This document shows, piece after piece, positions 1 to 9,816 of a stretch of DNA of 64,000 bases. Source of the stretch: Acidobacteriota bacterium (GTDB lineage Bacteria; Acidobacteriota; UBA890; WLXD01); assembly GCA_965248695.1 (NCBI GenBank), contig CBDFKD010000002.1, positions 5,344,001-5,408,000 on the forward strand. The letters are read 5' to 3'. Each line of letters opens with the position of its first letter. Positions within the stretch are counted from its first letter, which is position 1. The position numbers and the translations under genes are program-made. Under the pieces are notes generated by a model, which was not told the DNA's origin, made no database searches, and saw nothing but the letters and a program-made list of their open reading frames with translations.

Positions 1-453
1 GGGGAACGCATCCGCGCCGACGATCTCGAGGGCTTACTTGGCCGCAGCCGCGAGCATTCCGTCTTCGAGCTCACCGACGCTCTGGTTCGTGCCGATCCGG
101 CCGCCGCGCTCAGGGTGCTCAATATGCTCCTGGATGACGGGGAAGAACCCGTGAGGGTACTGGCGATGATCGCCTGGATCACGCGGCAGCTCGTGATCGC
201 GCACGATGTCACGGCTTCCGGACGGTCGCGGCGCGAAAGCATGGAGTCCATTGGCGGGCGCTGGCAACAACGCGGTGCGGTGCTGGACAGGGCCCGCCGG
301 GCGCAGCGCACCGAGCTGGCGGGCGCCATCTCCGCTTGTGCCGAGACCGACCTGTTTATCAAGCGGCTGCGAGACATGCGATCGGGCGCAGATCGACTCA
401 GACCCGCCCGAGGGAAGCTGGAGGCCCTTTGCCGTCAGATCTGTGCCGCGTAG
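1..453 (+). CDS. holA: DNA polymerase III delta subunit, C-terminal part (5' truncated by window edge)
   Basis: Frame 1 is open from base 1 and reads GERIRADDLEGLLGRSREHSVFELTDALVRADPAAALRVLNMLLDDGEEP, typical of the HolA C-terminus; convergent with rpsT, a conserved neighbourhood. Confidence 0.8.
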   Translation, partial: GERIRADDLEGLLGRSREHSVFELTDALVRADPAAALRVLNMLLDDGEEPVRVLAMIAWITRQLVIAHDVTASGRSRRESMESIGGRWQQRGAVLDRARRAQRTELAGAISACAETDLFIKRLRDMRSGADRLRPARGKLEALCRQICAA

Positions 454-491
454 TCGCGCCGGCAGCGTCGAACGGTGTCCGGATGCGCGAT

Positions 492-758
492 CTACGTGCT
501 GACCGCGCGGACTCGCCGCGCCAGACGCGATTTCTTCCGCGCCGCGAGGTTGCGATGTATGACACCTCGCTGCGCATTGCGATCGAGCAGAGCTTGCGCC
601 TGCATCCAGCAATCGCGGACGCGTTCGAGGTCGCCTGCTTCGATGGCCTCGTCGAGCAGACGCAACGCCGAGCGCAGCCGTGAACGACGTGCCCGGTTGC
701 GACCCCTCCGGACTTCGTTCTGGCGCATGCGCTTCTTGGCAGATGCGATGTTCGGCAT
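492..758 (-). CDS. rpsT: 30S ribosomal protein S20
   Basis: MPNIASAKKRMRQNEVRR...GVIHRNLAARKKSRL; start set at the MPN ATG rather than the ORF-track start at 794. Confidence 0.97.
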   Translation of the reverse strand: MPNIASAKKRMRQNEVRRGRNRARRSRLRSALRLLDEAIEAGDLERVRDCWMQAQALLDRNAQRGVIHRNLAARKKSRLARRVRAVST

Positions 759-792
759 TTTCGGAAAACTCCTTGAATCGGTCGCGTGAAGC

Positions 793-2451
793 ATGAAGGT
801 TAGGACGCCCGAAGCCGAGGGTCAAACACCTTCCGGCGCGTCGGAAAGGGGCGCTCTGCTGCGCTCTGCCGGCGCTGTCGGCGCCTTGACTTTCGTTTCG
901 CGCCTATTCGGTCTGCTGCGCATGGCGGTACTGACCGCATTGCTCGGGACGGGGACTGCGGCCGACGCCTGGGCGATCGCATTCATGTTGCCGAACTCGC
1001 TGCGGCGTCTGGTCGGCGAGGGCAACATCTCGGCCGCCTTCGTCCCGGTATTTACCCGTCTGGCGCGTGACCGCGACGAACCCAGCACCTGGGTGCTCGC
1101 ACAACGATTCCACACGGCGGTGGCAGTCGCCGCCTTGGGCCTAGCTGCTGCTGGGGTAATTGCGGCACCGATGCTGGTGCGTGGCTTCGCCTCCGGGTTT
1201 GCCGAAGTGGCCGGCAAGATTGAGCTCACGGTCCGACTCACACGGTTCGTGTTCGCGTATCTGGTCTTCATCTCGCTGGCAGCCGTCCTGGTGGCCGTTC
1301 TCAACGCTCGCGACCGCTTTGCCGCCGCCGCTTTCGCTCCGGTGTTGCTCAACGTCAGCATCGTCGGTGCGGGGCTGGCGGCTTGGTGGTCCGGCATCGT
1401 CGATCCTCAACGGGCAGTCTGGGTGGTCGCCGGCGCCGCCGTCCTGGGCGGTGCCGCGCAGTACGCCTTCCTGATCCCGTATGCCAGACGGTTGGGTATG
1501 CGGGTGTGGCCGCGTTGGCCGGCCGGCGACCCGGCGCTACCTCAGATTGGTCGCCTGATGATCCCTGGCCTCTTCGGCGTTGGGGTCATCCAAATAAATA
1601 TCATTGTCGGGCGGACGCTCGCGAGTCGGCTCAGCGAGGGGGCCGTGGCGTCGCTCGACTACGCTGCCCGCATCAACGAGCTCACGTTGGGTGTGTTCGC
1701 CATTTCCGTTGCGACCGTCGTATTGCCGCTCATGTCCCGCCAGGGGGCGGCGGGGGACATGACGGCGCTACGTAACACACTGGTGTTCGCGCTCCGACAG
1801 ATCAGCCTGGTGACCATACCTGCGGCTGTGGGCATGATCCTGCTGCGCCACGAGATTGTCAGCGTGCTCTACGAGCGCGGACAGTTTGATGCCGATTCCA
1901 CCCTACTGACCGGGGCGGCGCTCTGGGGCTACGCCGTCGGGTTGGTCTCGATTGCCGCCGTGCGGGTTGTGGCCCCGGCGTTCTTCGCACTCCGCGATAC
2001 GGCGACGCCGGTCCGGGCGGCAGCCGTCGCGATGCTGGTCAACATCGTGTTCTGTCTCGCCCTGAGGGAGCCGCTCGGCAATGCCGGCATAGCGCTCGCC
2101 AACTCGATAGCCGCAACGGTGAACTCGGCACTGCTGCTGCTTCTGTTTCGCCGACGGGCCGGTACCTTGGGCCTGCGTCGTCTCGCTCCCAGCATGCTGC
2201 GACTCGCCGCGTCGGCCGCGGTGATGGGCTGGGTCGTCGAAGCGCTGCGGCGGGTCTGGTGGCCGACCGGGGCGGGCAGCGCGGTGATCGAATTGACCCT
2301 GCTGCTCGCCATCATCGGCGTCGGCGTTCTGACCTACCTGGCCGCTCTGGCGGTCATGGGTGCTCCGGAGATCTGGGAGCTGCGCTTGATCACCAGGGGC
2401 GGGCTACCTGATACCCTCACCAGTGGTGGGGAGGCCCCCGGGGAGGACTAA
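793..2451 (+). CDS. murJ: Lipid II flippase MurJ (MviN)
   Basis: SRLFGLLR, AFMLPNSLRRLVGEGNISAAFVP, FFALRDTATP motifs; multiple TM segments. Confidence 0.95.
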   Translation: MKVRTPEAEGQTPSGASERGALLRSAGAVGALTFVSRLFGLLRMAVLTALLGTGTAADAWAIAFMLPNSLRRLVGEGNISAAFVPVFTRLARDRDEPSTWVLAQRFHTAVAVAALGLAAAGVIAAPMLVRGFASGFAEVAGKIELTVRLTRFVFAYLVFISLAAVLVAVLNARDRFAAAAFAPVLLNVSIVGAGLAAWWSGIVDPQRAVWVVAGAAVLGGAAQYAFLIPYARRLGMRVWPRWPAGDPALPQIGRLMIPGLFGVGVIQINIIVGRTLASRLSEGAVASLDYAARINELTLGVFAISVATVVLPLMSRQGAAGDMTALRNTLVFALRQISLVTIPAAVGMILLRHEIVSVLYERGQFDADSTLLTGAALWGYAVGLVSIAAVRVVAPAFFALRDTATPVRAAAVAMLVNIVFCLALREPLGNAGIALANSIAATVNSALLLLLFRRRAGTLGLRRLAPSMLRLAASAAVMGWVVEALRRVWWPTGAGSAVIELTLLLAIIGVGVLTYLAALAVMGAPEIWELRLITRGGLPDTLTSGGEAPGED

Positions 2452-2534
2452 CGCAGATCCCTAGCGGTGGGGGAACAACGCATGTTCCGGTCGGGTGGGA
2501 CGGACTCATGTCCCGGGCTGAGCGCTGACTACTC

Positions 2535-3020
2535 GTGATCGCTGTCGTACAGCGGGTCCGTTCGGCTCACGTCGTGGTCGACGCCCAGGAGGTTGGCCGC
2601 ATTGGCCGCGGCCTCCTGGCGCTGGTCGGCGCGGTCCGAGGCGATAGCCAACACGATGTGGACTACCTCGCAGGGCGCCTCGCTTCCCTGCGTATCTTTC
2701 CCGACGATCGGGGCCGCATGAACCGGTCGTTGGAAGATGTCGCTGGTGCGGTGCTGGTGGTATCGCAGTTCACGCTGGCCGCCGAAACGGACAGTGGACG
2801 GCGACCGTCCTTCGGACGAACGCTGCCGCCGGATGCAGCACGGGCGCTGATTAGCGAGCTTGTACAACGCCTTCGCGCCGGTGGCACCGAGGTTCAGACC
2901 GGTGTTTTCGGGGCGGCAATGCAGGTGCACCAGGTCAACGATGGACCGGTCACCTTCATACTCGATTCCACCCGGCCGCCGGGCCGGAACGGGGAGCCAG
3001 GAGGGGGGCGCGATGACTGA
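2535..3020 (+). CDS. dtd: D-aminoacyl-tRNA deacylase
   Basis: AVVQRV, VSQFTL, GRRPSF and NDGPVT motifs. Confidence 0.96.
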   Translation: MIAVVQRVRSAHVVVDAQEVGRIGRGLLALVGAVRGDSQHDVDYLAGRLASLRIFPDDRGRMNRSLEDVAGAVLVVSQFTLAAETDSGRRPSFGRTLPPDAARALISELVQRLRAGGTEVQTGVFGAAMQVHQVNDGPVTFILDSTRPPGRNGEPGGGRDD

Positions 3021-3927
3021 CGCCGGATCGACAGGCCTCGGCGGCTGGGAGCTCGACTACCTGGAACGACTCCGGGTCGAGCGCGGCCGTTCGCCACGAA
3101 CGGTGGAAGCGTACGCATCCGATCTCAGCCAGTTTGGCGACTGGTGCAAGAAACAGCGAATCGATGCCCTCTCCATCGACGTCCGTGCCTTGCGTGAGTG
3201 GCTAAGAGGTCTCGAGGCCAGTGGGGTGGGAGCGCGATCGCGGGCCCGGAAGCTGTCGGCACTACGAGGGCTGTATCGGCATCTGCTCGAGGCGGGACGC
3301 ATCGAGAGCGATCCGAGCGAGTTGCTGCGCGCGCGTGAACGCCGTCGCTCGCTGCCCCGCACCCTCGAGTCCACCGAGATTGAGTGTTTGTTGGCGCAGC
3401 CCCAGACGGAGACTCCCGCAGGGCTGCGCGACCGCGCCATGCTCGAGATCGCCTACGGATCCGGGTTGCGAGTATCGGAGCTCGTCGGTCTGCAGGTGGT
3501 TGATGTCGACCTCGAGGAGGGGGTGTTGCGCTGTCGAGGCAAGGGCGGCAAGGAGCGCCTGGTCCCCATCGGCGACGAGGCGGCTCACTGGTTGGGGCGC
3601 TATCTCGAGGAGGCGCGAGCGCGGTCTGCCCAAGCAGGGGCCAGCGGAGCGCTTTTCCTTACCCGACGCGGTGGGCCGCTGTCGAGGCAGTGGTTCGCCA
3701 AACTTTTGAAGCGCTACGCGGTCATGGCGGGAATCGCCGCGCAACGGGTCAGCCCGCACGTCCTGCGGCACAGCTTCGCTACCCATCTGCTCGAGGCAGA
3801 TGCCGATTTGCGCGCCGTGCAGGCGATGCTCGGACACGCCCGGATCTCGACCACCGAGGTCTACACGCATGTGAACCGGCGGCGCCTGCGGACCGTGTAC
3901 GACCGCCACCATCCCCGCGCACGATGA
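3013..3927 (+). CDS. xerD: Site-specific tyrosine recombinase XerD
   Basis: GLRVSEL, GKGGKERLVP, HVLRHSFATHLL, LGHARISTTEVYTH; catalytic R/H-x-x-R/Y intact; ATG at 3013 overlaps the dtd end. Confidence 0.9.
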   Translation: MTDAGSTGLGGWELDYLERLRVERGRSPRTVEAYASDLSQFGDWCKKQRIDALSIDVRALREWLRGLEASGVGARSRARKLSALRGLYRHLLEAGRIESDPSELLRARERRRSLPRTLESTEIECLLAQPQTETPAGLRDRAMLEIAYGSGLRVSELVGLQVVDVDLEEGVLRCRGKGGKERLVPIGDEAAHWLGRYLEEARARSAQAGASGALFLTRRGGPLSRQWFAKLLKRYAVMAGIAAQRVSPHVLRHSFATHLLEADADLRAVQAMLGHARISTTEVYTHVNRRRLRTVYDRHHPRAR

Positions 3928-5195
3928 CCATCGCTGACGACCCGCTGGCGCGCCTCGACGATCGCACGCGCGACCTGTTGCGCCTCTGCGGTCAGTTCGC
4001 GGTCGAACGCGGTGAGCAGGCCTACCTGGTAGGCGGGCGAGTGCGCGACCTGCTGCTCGGTCGCGACTCCCACGATATCGACGTCGTGGTGGTCGGCGAC
4101 GGGATGGCTGTAGCGCAATCGCTGGCCCGGCACGCGGGGGCCGGGTTGACTCGCTATCACAGTTTCGGAACGGCACGCGTCGACCTCGACGACGGACGTT
4201 GGGTCGACTTCGCCACCAGCCGACGGGAGAGCTACGGACGTCCAGGCAAGCTGCCCGAGGTGCGCGGAGGCACCCTGCACGAAGACCTCGGGCGTCGTGA
4301 TTTCTCGATCAACGCTCTGGCTGTGTCGATCAATCCCGACCGCGCTGGCGAGCTGATCGACGAGTTCGGCGGCGCCGACGACCTCGCCGCCGGCCTCATA
4401 CGCATCCTTCACGAGGGCTCGTTTTCCGACGACGCGACGCGCATGCTGCGCGCTGTCCGTTTCTCGCAGCGCCTCGACTACGAGCTAGAAGAGGGGACCG
4501 CGCGGGCGCTCGAGGCGGGTGTGCGCGGCGGCTATCTCGATTCGATCTCGGGCGATCGTCTCCGGCGCGAGTTGCGCAAGCTGTATACCGAGGCGCCTGT
4601 CGATGGACCGCTTGCCCTCGACGCGACCGGTCTGTTGAGCGCCATACTGCCCGAGCTGGAAGCGGAGCGCGATGCACTCGAAGCGCTGGTCGCCGAGATC
4701 GAGCGCACGCCGACCGATGCGCCGGAAGAAGAAGGCTGGGCCCTTGTGCTAGCGGTCACCGCCGCGGGGTTGAATCCCCAGCAACGCTGGACTCTGGCAG
4801 ATCGACTCCGCCTGTCGCGGTCACGCCGACAGCCGCTGCTCGAGGCGGGAGTGGCGTGGAGGCGGGCGCGCCGGGCGTTGGCGGAATTGTCGAGCCCCGG
4901 CGCCCGCGCCACTGTCCTGGATGCGCTGAACCCCGAGACGCTCCGGGTAGCGATCGCGACGAACGCGGCGGGGGATGCGCCCCTAGTCGCTGCCATTCGA
5001 CGCTACCTGGATGTCGATCGAGCAGTGACCACGGTACTCGACGGCGCACGGCTGCGATCCATGGGTTGCCCACAGGGTCCGAGGGTCGGTGAGATCCTCC
5101 GATCGCTACGCGTAGCGCGGATCGACGAGCTGATCTCCGATCGAGCGGGCGAGGAGGCGCTGGTGCTCGAGCTGCTCGAGGAACGTCCAAATTGA
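3924..5195 (+). CDS. Class II tRNA nucleotidyltransferase (CCA/A-adding family)
   Basis: VGGRVRDLL, DIDVV, EDLGRRDFSINALA, DDATRMLRAVRF; ATG 3924 overlaps the xerD stop. Confidence 0.88.
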   Translation: MTIADDPLARLDDRTRDLLRLCGQFAVERGEQAYLVGGRVRDLLLGRDSHDIDVVVVGDGMAVAQSLARHAGAGLTRYHSFGTARVDLDDGRWVDFATSRRESYGRPGKLPEVRGGTLHEDLGRRDFSINALAVSINPDRAGELIDEFGGADDLAAGLIRILHEGSFSDDATRMLRAVRFSQRLDYELEEGTARALEAGVRGGYLDSISGDRLRRELRKLYTEAPVDGPLALDATGLLSAILPELEAERDALEALVAEIERTPTDAPEEEGWALVLAVTAAGLNPQQRWTLADRLRLSRSRRQPLLEAGVAWRRARRALAELSSPGARATVLDALNPETLRVAIATNAAGDAPLVAAIRRYLDVDRAVTTVLDGARLRSMGCPQGPRVGEILRSLRVARIDELISDRAGEEALVLELLEERPN

Positions 5196-5357
5196 CCACC
5201 TTTGGGACCCGTGTTAGCGTCCGGAAGATCTCTTCAAATTCTCGAAGACGGCCTGTAGCTCGCCCTGCCGCGGTGCTCATCGTGGCCGAAGCCGCGTCCT
5301 GCGACCTCGCGTAACCACTCTCGACGCCTGTTCCGCGGCAGCGATCAGGGGAATCCA

Positions 5358-6512
5358 ATGGAAGACGGACGACACTATCTCCTTACCTCGGAATCGGTGA
5401 CTGAAGGACATCCCGACAAGGTCGCGGACCAGATTTCGGACGCGGTACTCGACCAGATCATGAGCAACGATCCGACCGGTCGGGTGGCTTGCGAGACCAT
5501 GGTGACGACCGGATTGGCGATCGTGGCCGGTGAGATCACGACGAACTCGTACGTCGAGATTCCGCGGATCGTGCGCCGCACAATTCGCGACATCGGGTAT
5601 ACGAGCGCCAACTACGGGTTCGACTACGCCACCTGCGGCGTGATCACCAGCATCGACGAGCAGTCACCGGACATCGCCATGGGTGTCGACCCCGGCGGCG
5701 CCGGCGATCAAGGCATGATGTTCGGCTACGCCTCCACCGAAACCCCCGAGCTCATGCCGATGCCGATCACGCTGGCGCACAAGCTTTGCCGGCGGCTTGC
5801 GGAAGTTCGCAAAGACGAGACGCTCGACTACCTGCGACCCGACGGGAAGTCGCAGGTCACCGTCGAGTACGTCGACGGCCGACCGGCCCGTGTCGACACC
5901 GTCGTCATCTCGACGCAGCATGCTGCCGATGTCGAGACGGAAGTCCTGCGCGCAGAAGTTATGGAACAGGTCATCTACCCGGTTGTTCCAGAGGAATGGC
6001 GCGACGACAAGACCGTCTACCACATCAACCCCACAGGCCGGTTCGTGACCGGCGGTCCGCAAGGTGATTGTGGCCTTACCGGGCGCAAGATCATCGTCGA
6101 TACCTATGGCGGCGTGGGCAGCCACGGTGGCGGCGCGTTCTCGGGCAAGGATTGCACCAAGGTCGATCGGACGGCCTCATATATGGCGCGCTACATTGCC
6201 AAGAATCTCGTTGCCGCCGGCGCTGCCGAACGTATCGAGCTGCAGCTCGCCTATGCGATCGGCGTCGCCGATCCGGTCTCCATCATGGTGGATGCACGCG
6301 GCACCGAGCACGTTCCCGAGGGGCGCATCGTCGAGGCGGTGCGAGCGGTGTTCCCGCTGACGCCCAAAGGGATGATCGAGCATCTGGATCTGCGACGACC
6401 GATCTACCGCAATACCGCCGCTTATGGGCATTTCGGCCGTGAAGAGATGCCCTGGGAGTCAACGGCTCTCAGCAGCGATGTGCGCGCCTTCCTCGGCCTG
6501 ACGTCAGCCTGA
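5358..6512 (+). CDS. metK: S-adenosylmethionine synthetase
   Basis: [27 protein letters not shown] signatures. Confidence 0.98.
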   Translation: MEDGRHYLLTSESVTEGHPDKVADQISDAVLDQIMSNDPTGRVACETMVTTGLAIVAGEITTNSYVEIPRIVRRTIRDIGYTSANYGFDYATCGVITSIDEQSPDIAMGVDPGGAGDQGMMFGYASTETPELMPMPITLAHKLCRRLAEVRKDETLDYLRPDGKSQVTVEYVDGRPARVDTVVISTQHAADVETEVLRAEVMEQVIYPVVPEEWRDDKTVYHINPTGRFVTGGPQGDCGLTGRKIIVDTYGGVGSHGGGAFSGKDCTKVDRTASYMARYIAKNLVAAGAAERIELQLAYAIGVADPVSIMVDARGTEHVPEGRIVEAVRAVFPLTPKGMIEHLDLRRPIYRNTAAYGHFGREEMPWESTALSSDVRAFLGLTSA

Positions 6513-6566
6513 GCTTCAAGAGCAACGCGCGCGGCGGATCGGTTAGGCCCTGGCGAGGGCTCTCGC

Positions 6567-8942
6567 CTACGTCCGCACGCCCATGGCCTGGTAACCACCG
6601 AGCGACAGGAACATCAAGTGTGGTGCCCACGCAGCCAGGGTCGGCGGAAGCTGGCCGGCGTACCCGAGGGCGCGAAACACACCGAAGGCGATCCAGTAGA
6701 CAGCCACCAGGCCGATGGCGATCGCCACGCCGGTAAGGGCCCCCTGTCGCCCCATCCGGAAAGCGAACGGGATTCCCACGATCGTCATGACAAAGACGAT
6801 CGCCGGAGTGGCCGCCTTCATGTTGAGATCAACCAGGGCACGATGCGTTTCGTAGCCTCGCTGACGGAGTAACTCGACGTGTTGCTGGAGCTCTAGCGTG
6901 GACATCTGCTCCGGCTGACGCGGGCTCTCGCCGAAGTAAGACGGGTCGAGCTCGATGGGCAATATCGAGAAACGGAACTCCTCGAGCTCGGTAGGGGAGA
7001 GCTTGCCGAGCTCGTCCTCGGCCACGAAGTAACGTCGCCAGCCGTCGTGGCCCTCCCAGCGACCGTTGATGTATTCGGCCCGATCGGCGAACTCCATCCG
7101 CGCCAGACCACCTGGTCCGTCGTTGAGGTAGTAGACGCGCAATCCGAGGAATTGCGGTGGATCCGCAACGTAGTCGGCGAAATGGAACACGCGGCCACCA
7201 GGCGAGAAGACCCAGGTCTGATCTTGCTGCAGGCTCACCGTTCCGGTGGGGTGCATTTCCTCTTCCACGATGGCTGCCTGCTGAGCCGCCTGCGGCAGCA
7301 CGTAGTCCTGCACGCCGTATTGAGCCACCGTGAGAGCCACCGCCGGCAGCATGATCGGCAGCATCAGGCGGTACAGGCTCACGCCGCCGGCAAGCGCCGC
7401 AACCACTTCATTACGCTTCGCCATCAAGCTGAAGGTCGCCAGCACGGTGACCACCGCCGTCATCGGCAGCACGTTGAAGATGATCTCCCAGATCTGGAAC
7501 TTCATGTAGGTGGCGATCAACTCCGGGTGGGTGACGTACGAGGCTTTGTCGATCCACGTCGTGGTGGCGAATATGGTCACGAAAGCGGCGAACGTGAGCG
7601 CCCAGATGCCGGCGTAGCTGCGTAACACGTAACGGTCGAGCAGACGTGGGAACCCGGCGCCTCGACGGCGTCCGGCGCGTCGAGCAGGTCGCTTCAACAG
7701 CTGGCGCAGGCGCGGGAGCAACCGTCCACGACGCTCGATCACCGGTTGCAACCGCCGGGTGATGCCGAAATCGACCTCGCGGGTCTTCTTCCACAGCAGC
7801 AAGAGTGCCGCGAGACCCATGATCACGTTGCCGCCCCACATTCCGATCCACGGCTCGATGTTGCCGATGTCGCCCTGCTGCTCTCCGTTCTGGAGAAAGA
7901 AGTAGTAAACGACGATGACCGCGGTGCCGATCCCGAAGCCGACCGCCGTCGTCTGCCGCTGGGTGGAGATCCCGAGAGGAAGCGAGATGAGACCGAGAAT
8001 GATGCAGGCAAACGGAAAGGCATATTTCTTGTGGACCTCGACCTGTAGGTCATACGCCGGGTCACCCACCTGCTGACGTTGGTCGATCGCGAGACGAAGC
8101 TCTTCGAGCGTCATTGACCGGCCATCCTTGCCGAGCTCGCCGATCACCGAAGAGTCATCCTCCTCGGAGTAGATGAGCATCGTCTGCCGATCAAAGCGCG
8201 TCACCGTCGCCTCGAGTGGATCCTTGGCCGATCCGATCAACGTGCCGTTCTCCAGCAAGAGATACGTCTCGCGCGTCGCGTCGTCGATGCGGGGGAACCC
8301 CCGCTCGGCGCGCACGATGTTGGGGGGATCGCTGTCGGTCCGTGCGGCGAACACGCCGCGCCACTCGCGTCCGTCGTCGACGATATCCTCGATGTAGAGA
8401 ACCAGCCCGGGGAAGTCCTCGATGAACACACGCGGCTTGAACTCGCCCGAGAACGCGCGCTGGGTGATCGTTTCCCAGTTCATCTCCCGCAGGCTCGTGT
8501 TACCCCACGGAAGCGACACCATGAAGACGTAGCTCGTCAGGGCCCAGGCGATGCCGGCAAGAATCAACACCGGTGGCATCAGATGTAGGAGGCTGACCCC
8601 CGACGCCCTGAGAGCCACGATCTCGAAATCCGACGACATACGCCCGAAGGCGATAAGCCCACCGACGAGCAAACCCATCGGCAGCGTCAGCACGACGATA
8701 AACGGCAAGCTGTAGACAATCGCCCACAGCACGGTTGTGAGCTCGGCGCCGTACTGGATCCAAATCTGCGAGATGCGCAGCAAGAAGCGCATCAGCATCA
8801 GGAACGTGAACACGCCGAATCCGAGCAGCGTCGGAGGGATCATCTCCTTAATCACGTGTCGCCAGAGAATGTACGCCGGCCTCAACCGCGCCGCCGCGCG
8901 CCTCGTACCGCTGACCGGGTCCTCGCGTGCCAGCGTGTTCAT
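6567..8942 (-). CDS. Fused LPS export permease LptF/LptG
   Basis: Two tandem YjgP/YjgQ units (EIVALRASGVSL; NEVVAALAGGVSL; C-terminal LAAWAPH), 791 aa. Confidence 0.88.
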   Translation of the reverse strand: MNTLAREDPVSGTRRAAARLRPAYILWRHVIKEMIPPTLLGFGVFTFLMLMRFLLRISQIWIQYGAELTTVLWAIVYSLPFIVVLTLPMGLLVGGLIAFGRMSSDFEIVALRASGVSLLHLMPPVLILAGIAWALTSYVFMVSLPWGNTSLREMNWETITQRAFSGEFKPRVFIEDFPGLVLYIEDIVDDGREWRGVFAARTDSDPPNIVRAERGFPRIDDATRETYLLLENGTLIGSAKDPLEATVTRFDRQTMLIYSEEDDSSVIGELGKDGRSMTLEELRLAIDQRQQVGDPAYDLQVEVHKKYAFPFACIILGLISLPLGISTQRQTTAVGFGIGTAVIVVYYFFLQNGEQQGDIGNIEPWIGMWGGNVIMGLAALLLLWKKTREVDFGITRRLQPVIERRGRLLPRLRQLLKRPARRAGRRRGAGFPRLLDRYVLRSYAGIWALTFAAFVTIFATTTWIDKASYVTHPELIATYMKFQIWEIIFNVLPMTAVVTVLATFSLMAKRNEVVAALAGGVSLYRLMLPIMLPAVALTVAQYGVQDYVLPQAAQQAAIVEEEMHPTGTVSLQQDQTWVFSPGGRVFHFADYVADPPQFLGLRVYYLNDGPGGLARMEFADRAEYINGRWEGHDGWRRYFVAEDELGKLSPTELEEFRFSILPIELDPSYFGESPRQPEQMSTLELQQHVELLRQRGYETHRALVDLNMKAATPAIVFVMTIVGIPFAFRMGRQGALTGVAIAIGLVAVYWIAFGVFRALGYAGQLPPTLAAWAPHLMFLSLGGYQAMGVRT

Positions 8943-9661
8943 CGCGCGATCTCGTAGTACCGCGCCAGTCGGTCAACGCGCACGCCGAGCGCGTACATGG
9001 CTCGCAGGACCCACATGCGTAGAATCGTGCGCCAGGGGCCCAACCGTTCCCATCGACGCGCCGAGGTCACGACGGTTGCCGGCAGGTACGCCAGCGTTCC
9101 GTGCCGCTTCAGCCGCTGCGTCAGCTCGACGTCCTCGAACAGTGGCAGGGGCGCGTAGCCACCGGCGGACTCGAACGCCTCCCGGGTGACGAACAACCCC
9201 TGATCGCCGGTTGCCACCCCGGTCAGCCTACTGCGCCAGGTGATCAGGTTTCCGACGACCCGTAGGATCCAACGCCGCGAGTCCAGACGCAGGCGAAAAA
9301 AACCGCCGATGTGTCCCGCGCTCAGCGCCTCACCGATGGCTGTTTGCCAACCGGGCGGCAGGTCGGTGTCCGCATGCAAGAACAAGAGAACCTCTCCGCC
9401 GGTGGCGGCGGCGCCAGCGTTCATCTGCATGCCGCGACCGCGCCCGGCAGCAATCCAGGGGACGTCCGCTTGGCGCAGCACCGCTCCGGTACCATCGGTG
9501 CTTTCGCCGTCGACGATCAGCAGCTCACAGTCCGGCGCGCCACACTGCGCCCTCAGGTGCCTCAACAGGTGGGGCAGGGCAGCCTCCTCGTTCCAGACCG
9601 GCACGACGACACTGAGACGCACTTGAGCTCTTGCAACGAGGGGTTTTGGTGGTCGCCTCAT
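8939..9661 (-). CDS. Family 2 glycosyltransferase (TIGR04283-like)
   Basis: SVVVPVWNEE, VDGESTDGT, GRGMQMNAGA, FLHADT, GDQGLF, FEDVEL, TSARRW. Confidence 0.88.
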   Translation of the reverse strand: MRRPPKPLVARAQVRLSVVVPVWNEEAALPHLLRHLRAQCGAPDCELLIVDGESTDGTGAVLRQADVPWIAAGRGRGMQMNAGAAATGGEVLLFLHADTDLPPGWQTAIGEALSAGHIGGFFRLRLDSRRWILRVVGNLITWRSRLTGVATGDQGLFVTREAFESAGGYAPLPLFEDVELTQRLKRHGTLAYLPATVVTSARRWERLGPWRTILRMWVLRAMYALGVRVDRLARYYEIAR

Positions 9662-9816
9662 CGAGCCGACCGCAGGCTGCGACAGGGAATCAACAACAAG
9701 TCTAACTCAGCCGGTACGGGAGCCGCGCCGCCAGCGGTCCTGGTCGGCCGCTACCGATGGCGGCAGACGCTTGAATCATTAGCGGCCGTCGGGGGGCTGG
9801 GGTACCATCCGCTTCC

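Noticed and set aside
3013-3927. Tyrosine recombinase as a prophage or island integrase
   Set aside because: XerD-like sequence embedded in a housekeeping operon; no att repeats, tRNA or cargo genes
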